A stretch of 64,000 nt of DNA from Acidobacteriota bacterium. GTDB taxonomy: Bacteria; Acidobacteriota; UBA890; WLXD01. The position numbers and the translations under genes were made by a program. The stretch covers positions 320,001-384,000 of the forward strand of contig CBDBHB010000006.1 in assembly GCA_965205505.1 (NCBI GenBank). Reading direction: 5' to 3'. How positions within the stretch are numbered: the stretch's first letter is position 1; each line of letters starts with the position of its first letter. The notes under the pieces were generated by a model. It was not told the DNA's origin and did not search any database. It saw only the letters and a program-made list of their open reading frames with translations. Shown piece after piece: positions 30,194 through 39,633 of this stretch.

Positions 30194-30470
30194 CTAGTGC
30201 TCCTGATCATAAGTACGGTGACGTTTGTGGCGCGCGACCGGGGCGAATTGTAGGAGCGGCGACGAGGGCGATGCTGGGTGTATCGTCGAGGCGCCGCGAC
30301 GCCCAAGGTGGCCGGTCCCGCGGCCACCCGGAGGGCAGGAGCGATATGCGGGCGATCTCGGCGTCAAGGCTCGTCGAGGATGGCTAAGGCATCGCCTTCC
30401 TCACCCTTCCTTGATCTCGCCCGCATCTCGCTCCTGCAAACGTCACCGTACTTATGATCAGGAGCACTAG
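30194..30470. mobile_element. MITE-like element B (277 bp) with 34-bp perfect terminal inverted repeats including CTAG
   Basis: CTAGTGCTCCTGATCATAAGTACGGTGACGTTTG and its exact reverse complement ending at 30470. Two hairpin modules (30228-30326 and 30335-30437). The right CTAG supplies the stop codon of the methyltransferase. Confidence 0.88.
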
Positions 30471-31258
30471 TCTTCGGGTTTCACCGCGCGCAGGTGGGTC
30501 GGGCGTAGCTCGCCGCTATCCAGCACCACGGTCATCGCGCGCCATACCTCGATCTCTCGCCGCGCGTTCTCATCACCCAGTAGCTCGTGCACGCGCTCGT
30601 TCAGATCGCCGCCTGCCGCAATTCGGGCATGCTCGATGCGGGCGACTTCACGATACCAGCGGTTCCGGTCAGTCAGTGATCCGGTACCGAAGCCGCTCGC
30701 CGCGAACGCCTCCTCGTAGTCTTTGGGCGAGGCGGGAAAAAATCCGAGTCCCTCGCTTTCGATCCAGTGGCGCATGGCGGGCGTCGGGGGCTCGTCGTCG
30801 CGACGCAGCCAATCGCTGGCAACGAAGCGCCCACCGGGTCGCAGCACTCGGAACACATCGTCGATGAATGGTGCTTTGTCGGGAATATGAAGGACAGCGT
30901 CCTTGCTGAAGACGACGTCGATCGATTCGTCAGCAACCAACAGGGGCCCTGGCTCCACCGTCCGAAAGTCGAGCTGATGCGTCAAGCGCTCGCGCTCGGC
31001 CCGGGCGATGGCGCGTTCGATCAAGGCCGGGTCGACGTCGACGCCCAGAACCCTGGCAGCGCCGTGGTTGCGAACGAGCTCGACGTCGATGCCACCGGTG
31101 CCGCAGCCCACGTCGAGGACCTCGAGTCGCGTCAGATCGATGCCCACCAAGAGGAGCGCGACCTCCACCGGCCCGCCGGGCGACATGTACCCCTCACCCC
31201 AGACCAGCTCCAACAGGCCGAGGATGTCGTTGTAGTCCATTGTCCCGTCGTGGCTCAT
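30467..31258 (-). CDS. Class I SAM-dependent methyltransferase (phosphoethanolamine/sarcosine N-methyltransferase-like)
   Basis: WGEGYMSPGG, VLDVGCGTGG, DVVFSKDAVLHIPDK and RVLRPGG. Confidence 0.85.
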   Translation of the reverse strand: MSHDGTMDYNDILGLLELVWGEGYMSPGGPVEVALLLVGIDLTRLEVLDVGCGTGGIDVELVRNHGAARVLGVDVDPALIERAIARAERERLTHQLDFRTVEPGPLLVADESIDVVFSKDAVLHIPDKAPFIDDVFRVLRPGGRFVASDWLRRDDEPPTPAMRHWIESEGLGFFPASPKDYEEAFAASGFGTGSLTDRNRWYREVARIEHARIAAGGDLNERVHELLGDENARREIEVWRAMTVVLDSGELRPTHLRAVKPED

Positions 31259-31336
31259 GGCCACCCAGCATATCGGCCCGCCAGAGCCATCGGAGTAGAC
31301 TCCCTGGATTCATTTCAATTCGCATAAGGTGAGCCG

Positions 31337-32425
31337 ATGCGTTTCGATGATCTGGTCTGGATCCGTGACACGGTTGCCCTCACGACGGGTCGAGCCCGCA
31401 CAAGGCCGACGAGCGCAGTGGGCCTCCGCAGCGTATTCCGCTATGGGTCTCTGTTACTTGCCGCCGTCGTCCTCGCGGCCTGTGGTACGCCAGCCGAGCC
31501 GGCGAGCGACGACGTTACCGGGGGCTCCGGAGGCCCACCGAGCGCGCCGGGAGGCTCCGAGGGTTCCGGAGGCTCCGGGGGCCCGCTGAGCGGGCCCGGG
31601 GGCGACCTCAAAGGCCCCTACATGGAGCGCACCCTTCCTGCTTCGGATGGCACCGAGCGCCTCTGGTTGCTCCGGCTGCCCGCTGGCTACGAGGAAGGGA
31701 CGCTCGCCGACGTCGTCTTCAGCTTCCACGGCGCCGGCTCGAACGCCCTCTCCCAGTTCACCTACAGCGACTTCATGGAGCAAGCGGACCGAGATGGAGT
31801 CATCCTCGTGATGCCCAACGCCAACAACAGGACCTATCCCGACGAGACGCATCGGCTCGCTGGCTACTGGAGCAGGGCATGGGAGGCGAATCTGCGGGAG
31901 AGGGATTTCGACATCGACTTCATCCTCGAGCTGGTCGACCTCCTGCGCAGCGAGTACACCACCGGCGATTTCTTCGCCACCGGGATGTCAGCCGGCGGCG
32001 ACATGGTTTCGGCTCTGGCATGCTCGGCGCGCAGCCCGTTCAAGGCCTACGGGCCAGTCACGTACATGTACTACAACGAGGCGGAATGCGGCGCCGCGCC
32101 GCCGCGGCCGTTCATCTACTTCCACGGTACCGCCGACTCAGTGGTTCCCATCCAGGGCTCGGACGACCCCTGGAACGACCCATCGGTGCCCGAAGCGATG
32201 CAGAGGTGGGCAGATCACAATGGCTGCGAGGGCGGGCCAATCGAGCGGTCCGTCGGCGATGAGGTGGTCCACTTCTCGTGGGCTGGCTGCGAGGCCAGCA
32301 CCGAGTGGTACCGCGTCGAAGGCGGTGGCCATACCTGGCCGGGCGCCGTCCAGCGGGAAGGTGGCGCCTACACCACCAGCGACATCTCGGCCAGCGATTT
32401 GATCTGGGAGCTGTTCCTCAAATGA
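31337..32425 (+). CDS. LpqC/PHB-depolymerase-like alpha/beta esterase lipoprotein (true start uncertain)
   Basis: Lipobox LAAC, Gly/Ser/Pro linker, FHGAG, GMSAGG (nucleophile), FHGTADSVVP and GGGHTWPG. Confidence 0.82.
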   Translation: MRFDDLVWIRDTVALTTGRARTRPTSAVGLRSVFRYGSLLLAAVVLAACGTPAEPASDDVTGGSGGPPSAPGGSEGSGGSGGPLSGPGGDLKGPYMERTLPASDGTERLWLLRLPAGYEEGTLADVVFSFHGAGSNALSQFTYSDFMEQADRDGVILVMPNANNRTYPDETHRLAGYWSRAWEANLRERDFDIDFILELVDLLRSEYTTGDFFATGMSAGGDMVSALACSARSPFKAYGPVTYMYYNEAECGAAPPRPFIYFHGTADSVVPIQGSDDPWNDPSVPEAMQRWADHNGCEGGPIERSVGDEVVHFSWAGCEASTEWYRVEGGGHTWPGAVQREGGAYTTSDISASDLIWELFLK

Positions 32426-32733
32426 AGCGTCGCGATCGTGAGTTAGGAATGGGGCGGAAGATAAGCCGCCGGGACTTTATCGACGGCGCCGGGGTGGCGA
32501 TTAGCGGGTCACTGCTGTTCCCGTGGACTCAGGCGCGCGCCTACGCCTCCGAGGGGGCGACGCTGCCAGTTGCCGGCGCTGAGTACTATCCGCCGGCGCT
32601 TACCGGCATGCGTGGCAGCCATCCGGGCTCGTTCGATGTTGCCCACGCGCTGCGTGATGGCAAGCGCTTAGTCGCCGCGCAGCGATCTTCTGGGGTTGTC
32701 CGGAAGCGGCGGGGCAGCGGCCGCGATTCTTAG
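32422..32733 (+). pseudogene. 5' fragment of a spermidine dehydrogenase (SpdH-like), truncated after ~82 codons
   Basis: MKRRDRELGMGRKISRRDFIDG (Tat) ... YYPPALTGMRGSHPGSFDVAH matches the SpdH-type N-terminus. Similarity is lost near 32666, before any FAD-binding motif. Confidence 0.75.
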
Positions 32734-34208
32734 ACCGCATCGGGCACCGTCTCGATGCGCCGCCGGCGCCGCATGCCGTTGGCATAGAGACCCACGCCGA
32801 GTAGGGTCAGCAGCGCCAGCATGCCGAAGACGGTGATGTAGAAGAACGTCGGGTCGGCAACGCTCTCACCCGGAATGAGCGCGAATACCAGCGACGCAGC
32901 GGTTACTACGAAGCCCGTACCGCCGGCGAAGTAGGCGCCGTAGGGAGCGAACGGTGCACGCTGCACGCCTTCCGCTACCGGGTGCCGCTGCATGACAAGC
33001 AGCGCCGCGAACATGTACATGAACGGGATGAAGTAGACGACGATCTCGAGGCTGATGAAGATGCGATAGATCTGCTGCGCGGTGCCTCCCATGCTACCGA
33101 GGATGATCAATACCGCTGTGGCGATGCCGAGCGTGATCACCGACACGTGCGGGGTGGCGTACTTCGGGTGCAGGGTTCCGAAGGCGGCCGGCAGGTAGCG
33201 GTCGAGCCCGGCGACGAACGGCAACCGCGCGCAGGTCGCCATCCATGCGCTCACCGTGCCGATCGCCGCGATGCACAGGCAGAGCGCAACCAGCGAGCCC
33301 AGCACGCCGCCCATCGTGGAGCCGACCAGCCTCGTGCCCGCCACTCGAGCCGTGTCGGTCAGCCCGGTCAGGCCCGTGACCTGATCCACCGGGAGCACTG
33401 TCAGAATCGCCCAGGAGATCAGGATGAACATACCGAGCATCATCACACCGGCGGTAGCGAGCGCCCGAGGCACGTTGCGCTTGGGATCCTGCACCTCTTC
33501 GCTCATCACCGATGCCGCCTCGAGGCCGGTGAACCCGTACGCGACCGCCGCGAGCAGGATGAGGTCGGAGAGTCCTCCGAAGGTGGGGGTCACGGTGCGC
33601 ACCGAGATCTCGTTTGCCGAGCCGTAGTTGACCCATGTGAGGAAGCCCAATCCCACGACGATCAGCCCGGGCACCCACATGTTCAGGTAGCCGCTCGCAT
33701 TGTGGAGGCGCTTGGCGACGTCGAGGCCGAGGACGTTGACCACGACGACGATGGTGATCCCGACGACCGCGTACGTGGCGAGAAAATCTGGACGATCGGC
33801 CAGATACGACCAGCGCGGGATGACGAACGCGGCGTTGCTGGCCGAGAACAGCAGCACGGCGGGAAAGTAGACGAGGTTGGTAGCCCAGTAGAACCACGCC
33901 GTGATGAAGCCATGGAAATCGCCGAAGGCGCGTTGTACCCAGATGTAGATGCCGCCTTCGTCGGGGTGCCGGGCGGTGAGCTCGACCGTGGTGAATGCCT
34001 GCGGAACATAGAAGAGGACGAATCCCAGCACCCAGAGCACCAGCACGCTCGGACCGTTTTCGGTCGATAGCGCCACGACGCGCATGGTGACGATGCAGGC
34101 GATGTAGAAGAGCACCAGGTCGCGGGGTCCCATGACCTTCTTGAGCTTGCTCTTCTCGGCGCGCGCCTGCGCGGCGATCGTCTGATCGGCGATTGTCTGG
34201 CCGGTCAC
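32730..34208 (-). CDS. APC family amino acid/polyamine permease
   Basis: About 12 hydrophobic segments, ELTARHPDEGGIYIW, GFTGLEAAS and EEVQDPKRNVPRA. Confidence 0.9.
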   Translation of the reverse strand: MTGQTIADQTIAAQARAEKSKLKKVMGPRDLVLFYIACIVTMRVVALSTENGPSVLVLWVLGFVLFYVPQAFTTVELTARHPDEGGIYIWVQRAFGDFHGFITAWFYWATNLVYFPAVLLFSASNAAFVIPRWSYLADRPDFLATYAVVGITIVVVVNVLGLDVAKRLHNASGYLNMWVPGLIVVGLGFLTWVNYGSANEISVRTVTPTFGGLSDLILLAAVAYGFTGLEAASVMSEEVQDPKRNVPRALATAGVMMLGMFILISWAILTVLPVDQVTGLTGLTDTARVAGTRLVGSTMGGVLGSLVALCLCIAAIGTVSAWMATCARLPFVAGLDRYLPAAFGTLHPKYATPHVSVITLGIATAVLIILGSMGGTAQQIYRIFISLEIVVYFIPFMYMFAALLVMQRHPVAEGVQRAPFAPYGAYFAGGTGFVVTAASLVFALIPGESVADPTFFYITVFGMLALLTLLGVGLYANGMRRRRRIETVPDAV

Positions 34209-35821
34209 CCCGCGCGCTCGCGCTCCACGAGCTCACGTCGAAGGATCTTTCCCGACGCCGACTTCGGAATTGCGGCGATGAACTCGATGGTGCGGATCTT
34301 CTTGTAGGGCGCCACCTGTTCCGCGACGAAGCCCTGGATATCGGCCGCTAGCTGGTCGTTGGCGTCCTCGGGCGAGACGTCCTTGGTAACCACGAAGGCT
34401 TTCGGAAGCTCGCCTGCCTCCTCGTCTTGGACGCCGATCACCGCCACGTCGGCCACCGAGGCGTGGGTCAGAATCAGCGCCTCGAGCTCAGCCGGCGCCA
34501 CCTGGAAGCCCTTGTACTTGATGAGCTCCTTGGCGCGATCCACTACCCAGACGTAGCCGGCCTCATTCGCATAGGCGATATCGCCGGTGTGCAGCCAGCC
34601 CTCCTCGTCGATGCAGTCCGCGGTGGCCTCGGGGGCGTTGAGATATCCGACCATGACATGCGGACCACGCTGGCAGAGCTCGCCACGTTCGTTCGGTCCC
34701 AGGATCGCACCGCTGTCGACATCGATGATCTTGGACTCGGCGTTGGGAACGCACGGACCGACCGACGACGTGTCGATGATCTCGGGTGGGTCGGGGTTCA
34801 TGTGCCCGACGGGGCTGAGCTCGGTCATTCCCCATGCCTGATTGACGCGTACCCCGAGGCGTTCGGCGACACCCGTGGCCACGTCCTCGCCGAGCGGCGC
34901 AGCGCCGCAAATCACTTGACGCAAGTGCGCAAGCGAATACTCGTCGACCGTCGGGTGTTTCGACATCAACAGCACGATCGGCGGCACCACGTGGGCATAG
35001 GTGACCTTGTAGTGCTCCAACGTGCGCAGGAACCGCTCCAGGTCGAAGCGCGACATGGTCACCATCGTGCAGCCGCGCATCAGCGAGTAGAGCATCATGA
35101 TCATGCCGTAAATGTGGAAGAACGGCAGCACGCCGATAAGCGTGTCGTCTTCGGTCAAGGCGTAGCCGCTTCCCGGCGCGACCCCGGCGATCTGCTGCAG
35201 GTTCGCTATCAGGTTGTAATGGGTCAGCATCACCCCTTTGGGAAGGCCGGTGGTGCCGCTGGAGTAAGGGAGCACCACCAGATCAGTGCGCGGGTCGATC
35301 TCGGCTGCCGGTACTGCACGCGCCGTTGCCGAAGACGTCTGCTCGGAGACCATCAGGTCGGCGAACGGCGTGGCGCCCTCGGCCTCGCCGAAGACGTAGA
35401 CCTGGGTAACGCCACCCGCTCGTGCTGCGGCGCGTGCCCGGTCGAAGAAATCGGGATTGGTGATCAGGAAGCTGGCGCCGGAGTCCTCGATCTGATGCTC
35501 GAGCTCGCCCTCGGTGTACAACGGGTTCACAGTGGTCACGGTGCCACCGAGCTTCGCCACCGCCAAGAACGCGATGGCGTACTCAGGGGAGTTGGCGGCA
35601 TAGAAAGCGAACACGTCGCCCTTGCCGAACCCGCGCTCGGCAAGACTGGCGGCGACGGTCGATACGGCAGCGACAAACTCAGCGAACGAGGTGACCTCGT
35701 CGGTCGCGCCGTTGATCAGCGCCGGCTTGTCGCCGTACCTGGCTGCACCTCGGAGGACGAAGTCGGTGAGCGACACATCGTGCGGAATTTCGACGTCTGG
35801 AAACGGGCTTCGGTAGATCAT
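34205..35821 (-). CDS. 4-coumarate--CoA ligase-like AMP-binding acyl-CoA synthetase
   Basis: LPYSSGTTGLPKGV, WGMTELSP, GWLHTGD, KELIKYKGFQVAPAELE and PKSASGKILR. Confidence 0.92.
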   Translation of the reverse strand: MIYRSPFPDVEIPHDVSLTDFVLRGAARYGDKPALINGATDEVTSFAEFVAAVSTVAASLAERGFGKGDVFAFYAANSPEYAIAFLAVAKLGGTVTTVNPLYTEGELEHQIEDSGASFLITNPDFFDRARAAARAGGVTQVYVFGEAEGATPFADLMVSEQTSSATARAVPAAEIDPRTDLVVLPYSSGTTGLPKGVMLTHYNLIANLQQIAGVAPGSGYALTEDDTLIGVLPFFHIYGMIMMLYSLMRGCTMVTMSRFDLERFLRTLEHYKVTYAHVVPPIVLLMSKHPTVDEYSLAHLRQVICGAAPLGEDVATGVAERLGVRVNQAWGMTELSPVGHMNPDPPEIIDTSSVGPCVPNAESKIIDVDSGAILGPNERGELCQRGPHVMVGYLNAPEATADCIDEEGWLHTGDIAYANEAGYVWVVDRAKELIKYKGFQVAPAELEALILTHASVADVAVIGVQDEEAGELPKAFVVTKDVSPEDANDQLAADIQGFVAEQVAPYKKIRTIEFIAAIPKSASGKILRRELVERERAG

Positions 35822-35909
35822 GGCGCCGGTAAGATACCGTAGCCCCGACTCAGGATCGCCCCCCTGACGAACCCCGGTGCGGTCGTCGGCGGCTTGTTAT
35901 CACTACGGG

Positions 35910-38054
35910 ATGACGAGGATGGTCTTCTTACGGTTACGTTCCACGCTCTGCGCGACCGGTGCAGTCGCGCTGCTGCTGGCCTGGGCGGCGAGCCAGGTGC
36001 TGGCGCATACCAACCCGCTAGGTTTGGTCGAGATTCACTGGCCGATGCCGGACATCGGTCGCACATTGTCGGGTGGCTATCCGGACTCGCTCGGCCTGTT
36101 CGCTTTTCCGCGCCGCGAGCTTCCTACGGTCCACGAGATCGACGGACGCCGTTGTGTCGAGGCCAGCTTCATCGCGCTCGATGTCGATGACGCGTTCGCG
36201 TTCGACATCGATGAGACGGTGGAGCTCGAGCTGGAGCTCGACGGCGAGGCCACCGGTACCATCAGGCTTTCTTACGATCGTAGTGGACGGAGTGAGGCGG
36301 TCAGCGAGATCGCGCGGCCGGGGCGCGCCGCAGGTCGCTGGCGTCGCGAGGTCATCACGCTCGAGCGCGCCCGCTTCGCCAACCGCGGCATGGGAGGGAC
36401 GGATATCGCTCTGTCGGCGATCGGTGCCAACCGCCGGCGCCAGACCGACGAGCCGAACACCCTCAGCGTGTGCTCCGTGGCTTTGCAGCGCTCACACCGA
36501 ACAACGGCGCCTGCCGGATTCGGGCACGTCGAGCTAAGCCTTATCGACGGAGCGAGCGGCGAGCCCACGCCGGTGCGGCTCGGGTTGTACGACGCCACTG
36601 GTCGTATGCCGCTGCCCAGCGACGATGCTCTGATCGTCAACTTCTATGACGACGAGGTCAGGCAGATCTTCCTGCGCGGCCGCACGTTCGGGTTCCCGCA
36701 GCCTTGGCCGGCCGACAACCGTCACGTCTTCTACGCCGACGGCAGGTACCGCGCCGAGGTTCCTGCGGGCACCTATCACCTCGTCGCATCCAAGGGGCCC
36801 GAGTATCGGATTGTCGAGCGACAGCTCAAGGTCGAGGTCGGGCGCGAGCGCGAGCTCGAAGTCGTGATTCCACGCTGGGACGATATGCCAGCCAGGAAGT
36901 GGTATTCGGGCGATGTTCACATCCACGTCGCACGTCCCGACAAGTCGGGCGACGACCGCCTCAGCGCCTACCTCCGCGCCGAAGACGTGCACGTCTCCAA
37001 CACATTGGAGATGAACAATCCGGCCGCAGTTCACTTCGCGCAATATGCCTGGGGAATCGACGGGCAACACCTTGTCGGTGACCACGTCGTGGTCCCCGGC
37101 ATCGAGGGACCGCGCACGGCGCAACGAGGTCACACCATATCGCTCAATATCCTCGAGCCTTTGCACCGGCCCGAGCAGTACTTCCTCTACCACGAGGTCT
37201 TCGAGGATTACGCCCAGCAAGGTGGAGTGAGCGGCTACGCGCACGTAGGACAGGAAGAGTTCAACGGCTCCTGGGGGTTGGCGCTCGACGTGCCCTTCGG
37301 CCTTGTTGACTTCGTAGAGATTCTCCAAGGCGGATCGCTGTATACCGAGCTGTGGTACGAGTTTCTCAACCTCGGCTACCAGCTCACCCCGGTGGCAGGA
37401 TCCGACTTCCCCTACTACGACCAGGCCGGCGCGGTGCGCAGCTACGCCCACGTTAAAGGTGAGTTCACTCCTCAGGCCTGGTACGGCGCGTTGGAAAATG
37501 GCAACACCTTCGTGACCAACGGCCCGATGCTGACGTTCCAGATCAACGGGCAGGGCATGGGCTCAGCGTTGAGCGCGGCGCGCGGTGATGTGCTGAACGT
37601 CGAGGCGACCGCCCGCATCAACCCCGATATCGATGAGCTCGATCGGCTGGAGCTCGTAGCACACGGCGATGTTGTAGCGAGCGTGTCGATGTCCGACTCC
37701 GAAGGCACACTGACGCTGCGCCACCAGCTGACGGCGAGTACCGGGGCCTGGCTGGCGGTACGCGCCTATGGCAAGGCACAGGCTATCGCCCACTCGTCGC
37801 CCGTCTATGTTGAGGTTGATGGTCCTGGTTCCTGGAGCGCCGAGCGTGCGCCGGCGCTCATTGAGGCGATGCGAGCCCGATTGAGCCGGCTCGTGGAGAC
37901 ACCGATCGTTTTAGTTCACGAGCTGGAGTTCTGGGAGATGGGCGATGACCTCGAGAGTCTATGGGAGCGTCAGCGTCCGCTGATACGGCAGCGCGTCGTC
38001 GAGGCGAACCGGCACTACGATGACCTATTGCGCGCCATCGAGGCGCGGCGTTGA
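35910..38054 (+). CDS. CehA/McbA family (PHP-like) metallohydrolase, secreted
   Basis: Signal peptide, KGPEY, WYSGDVHIH, GYAH, AGSDFP and TFVTNGP. Confidence 0.82.
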   Translation: MTRMVFLRLRSTLCATGAVALLLAWAASQVLAHTNPLGLVEIHWPMPDIGRTLSGGYPDSLGLFAFPRRELPTVHEIDGRRCVEASFIALDVDDAFAFDIDETVELELELDGEATGTIRLSYDRSGRSEAVSEIARPGRAAGRWRREVITLERARFANRGMGGTDIALSAIGANRRRQTDEPNTLSVCSVALQRSHRTTAPAGFGHVELSLIDGASGEPTPVRLGLYDATGRMPLPSDDALIVNFYDDEVRQIFLRGRTFGFPQPWPADNRHVFYADGRYRAEVPAGTYHLVASKGPEYRIVERQLKVEVGRERELEVVIPRWDDMPARKWYSGDVHIHVARPDKSGDDRLSAYLRAEDVHVSNTLEMNNPAAVHFAQYAWGIDGQHLVGDHVVVPGIEGPRTAQRGHTISLNILEPLHRPEQYFLYHEVFEDYAQQGGVSGYAHVGQEEFNGSWGLALDVPFGLVDFVEILQGGSLYTELWYEFLNLGYQLTPVAGSDFPYYDQAGAVRSYAHVKGEFTPQAWYGALENGNTFVTNGPMLTFQINGQGMGSALSAARGDVLNVEATARINPDIDELDRLELVAHGDVVASVSMSDSEGTLTLRHQLTASTGAWLAVRAYGKAQAIAHSSPVYVEVDGPGSWSAERAPALIEAMRARLSRLVETPIVLVHELEFWEMGDDLESLWERQRPLIRQRVVEANRHYDDLLRAIEARR

Positions 38055-38145
38055 CTACCGTCCTGGCGTCTGGACGGATAGTCGGCAAACGCGACGAAGT
38101 CGGAACGCAAGAGGAGCTGCAACCCTTGAGGGAGAGGTGGTCGCG

Positions 38146-39633
38146 ATGACGAATCTGCAACGTCCCATGGTGCATACCGCAGGTGCGGGCAAGCAGAGCG
38201 CGCCAGACAAGGCCAAGCGGCTTCTCGCGATGGTTCTGGTCGCCCTGGTGGCCTCGGCCAACCCGGCCTGGGCGAGTTACTGCGTGTACGTGGGCAAGAA
38301 CCTCACGATCGACGGCAGCGTGTTCCTCGGCGGCTACGGCGACGAGCCCTCGAGTCATTGGCTCGAGATCGTGCCAGCGCGCACCCATGCGCCGGGCACC
38401 ATGATCTGGGTGGGTGGAACGGAAGACGCGAGGTTGCCGGCCAGCATGTCGCAGATCCCGCAGGCGGCGCGCACCGCGAAGTACATCACGATGAACTACT
38501 CCGAGTACGCCGGCTATCCGGAGCCGCTGACGAACGGTGGGCTCAACGAGTACGGGGTGGCGGCGCGCGACGTTTGGTCACCGTCGCGGCGTGAGCTGGT
38601 GGACATGACCCCCAATCCGCAGCTGGGCGGTCCGAACTACAGCGATCTGGCGCGTATTGCCATGCAGCGCACGCGAACGGCGCGCGACGCGGTCGAGATC
38701 ATCGGTGGCCTGATCGACGAGTACGGCTACACGAGCTACGGCGGCAACTCGCACCTGTTCGCCGACGCCGACGAGGGCTGGGTGTTCATCAACTTCGCCG
38801 GCGGCAAGGGACTGTGGGCAGCGGAGCGGCTCGGTCCGGACGACGTACGCGTCTCGCGCCCCGGCTATATCGGCGACATCCCGGTGGACTTCGAGGCGAG
38901 TGCCGACCACATGGGCTCGCCCAACCTGGTGTCGTTCGCCGTCGAGCAGGGCTGGTACCACCCGGACTCCGGCGAACCGTTCAACGTCAACAAGATCTAC
39001 GGCGACGGTCAAATGCGGCATCCGGCCGTGGCGATGATCGAGGAGCGACTGCGGAAGCTAGCCGGCAAAGTCGGCCTGACGGACATGATCGCCGCGGTCC
39101 GTACCACCGAGCTGACCGGCGACTCGGCCGGTTACGGACAGGTGGCTCACCTACGTCAGGGCAGGCACCCGGAGCTCGGCGTGCTCTGGGTCGCCGCAAC
39201 GACGTCGTCGATGGCGCCGTTCATCCCGTTCTATGTCGGCACCACCGAGGTGCCCCCGGAGCTTCGACGGCACCGTTACCTGAGCAGCGGCGAGGCCACG
39301 GGTTTCATGTCGGAGGACAAGCGTGGCATCGAGTCGACGCGCTTCGCATTGCGTACCTACAAACGTCTGCTCTACTTGACCGAGGAGCATCAGGAGAAGT
39401 TCCTGCCGGAGGTCACGGAGGCGCTCGAGGCGTTCGAGGCGCGATTGATCGAGCGCCAGGAGAGCGTCGAGCAGACCGCGCTGAAGCTCTTCGAGGCCGG
39501 TGAGCCTCAGCTCGCGCGGAAATACCTGACCTACTACAGCGGCACAGAGGCGCTCAACGCCTGGCGCCTCGGAGAAGCCCTCGCCAACAGCATCGAAGCG
39601 CGGACGAGAGCTCTGTACGGCATCCGGCAATGA
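38146..39633 (+). CDS. C69 family dipeptidase (secernin-like Ntn hydrolase)
   Basis: Mature N-terminus SYCVYVGKNLT.DGS, NGGLNEYGV, RTRTARDAV and FADADEGW. Confidence 0.82.
   Translation: MTNLQRPMVHTAGAGKQSAPDKAKRLLAMVLVALVASANPAWASYCVYVGKNLTIDGSVFLGGYGDEPSSHWLEIVPARTHAPGTMIWVGGTEDARLPASMSQIPQAARTAKYITMNYSEYAGYPEPLTNGGLNEYGVAARDVWSPSRRELVDMTPNPQLGGPNYSDLARIAMQRTRTARDAVEIIGGLIDEYGYTSYGGNSHLFADADEGWVFINFAGGKGLWAAERLGPDDVRVSRPGYIGDIPVDFEASADHMGSPNLVSFAVEQGWYHPDSGEPFNVNKIYGDGQMRHPAVAMIEERLRKLAGKVGLTDMIAAVRTTELTGDSAGYGQVAHLRQGRHPELGVLWVAATTSSMAPFIPFYVGTTEVPPELRRHRYLSSGEATGFMSEDKRGIESTRFALRTYKRLLYLTEEHQEKFLPEVTEALEAFEARLIERQESVEQTALKLFEAGEPQLARKYLTYYSGTEALNAWRLGEALANSIEARTRALYGIRQ

Noticed and set aside
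31521-31602. GGCTCCGG-rich tandem repeats
   Set aside because: They encode an ordinary Gly/Ser/Pro lipoprotein linker (GGSGGP.S.PGG twice).
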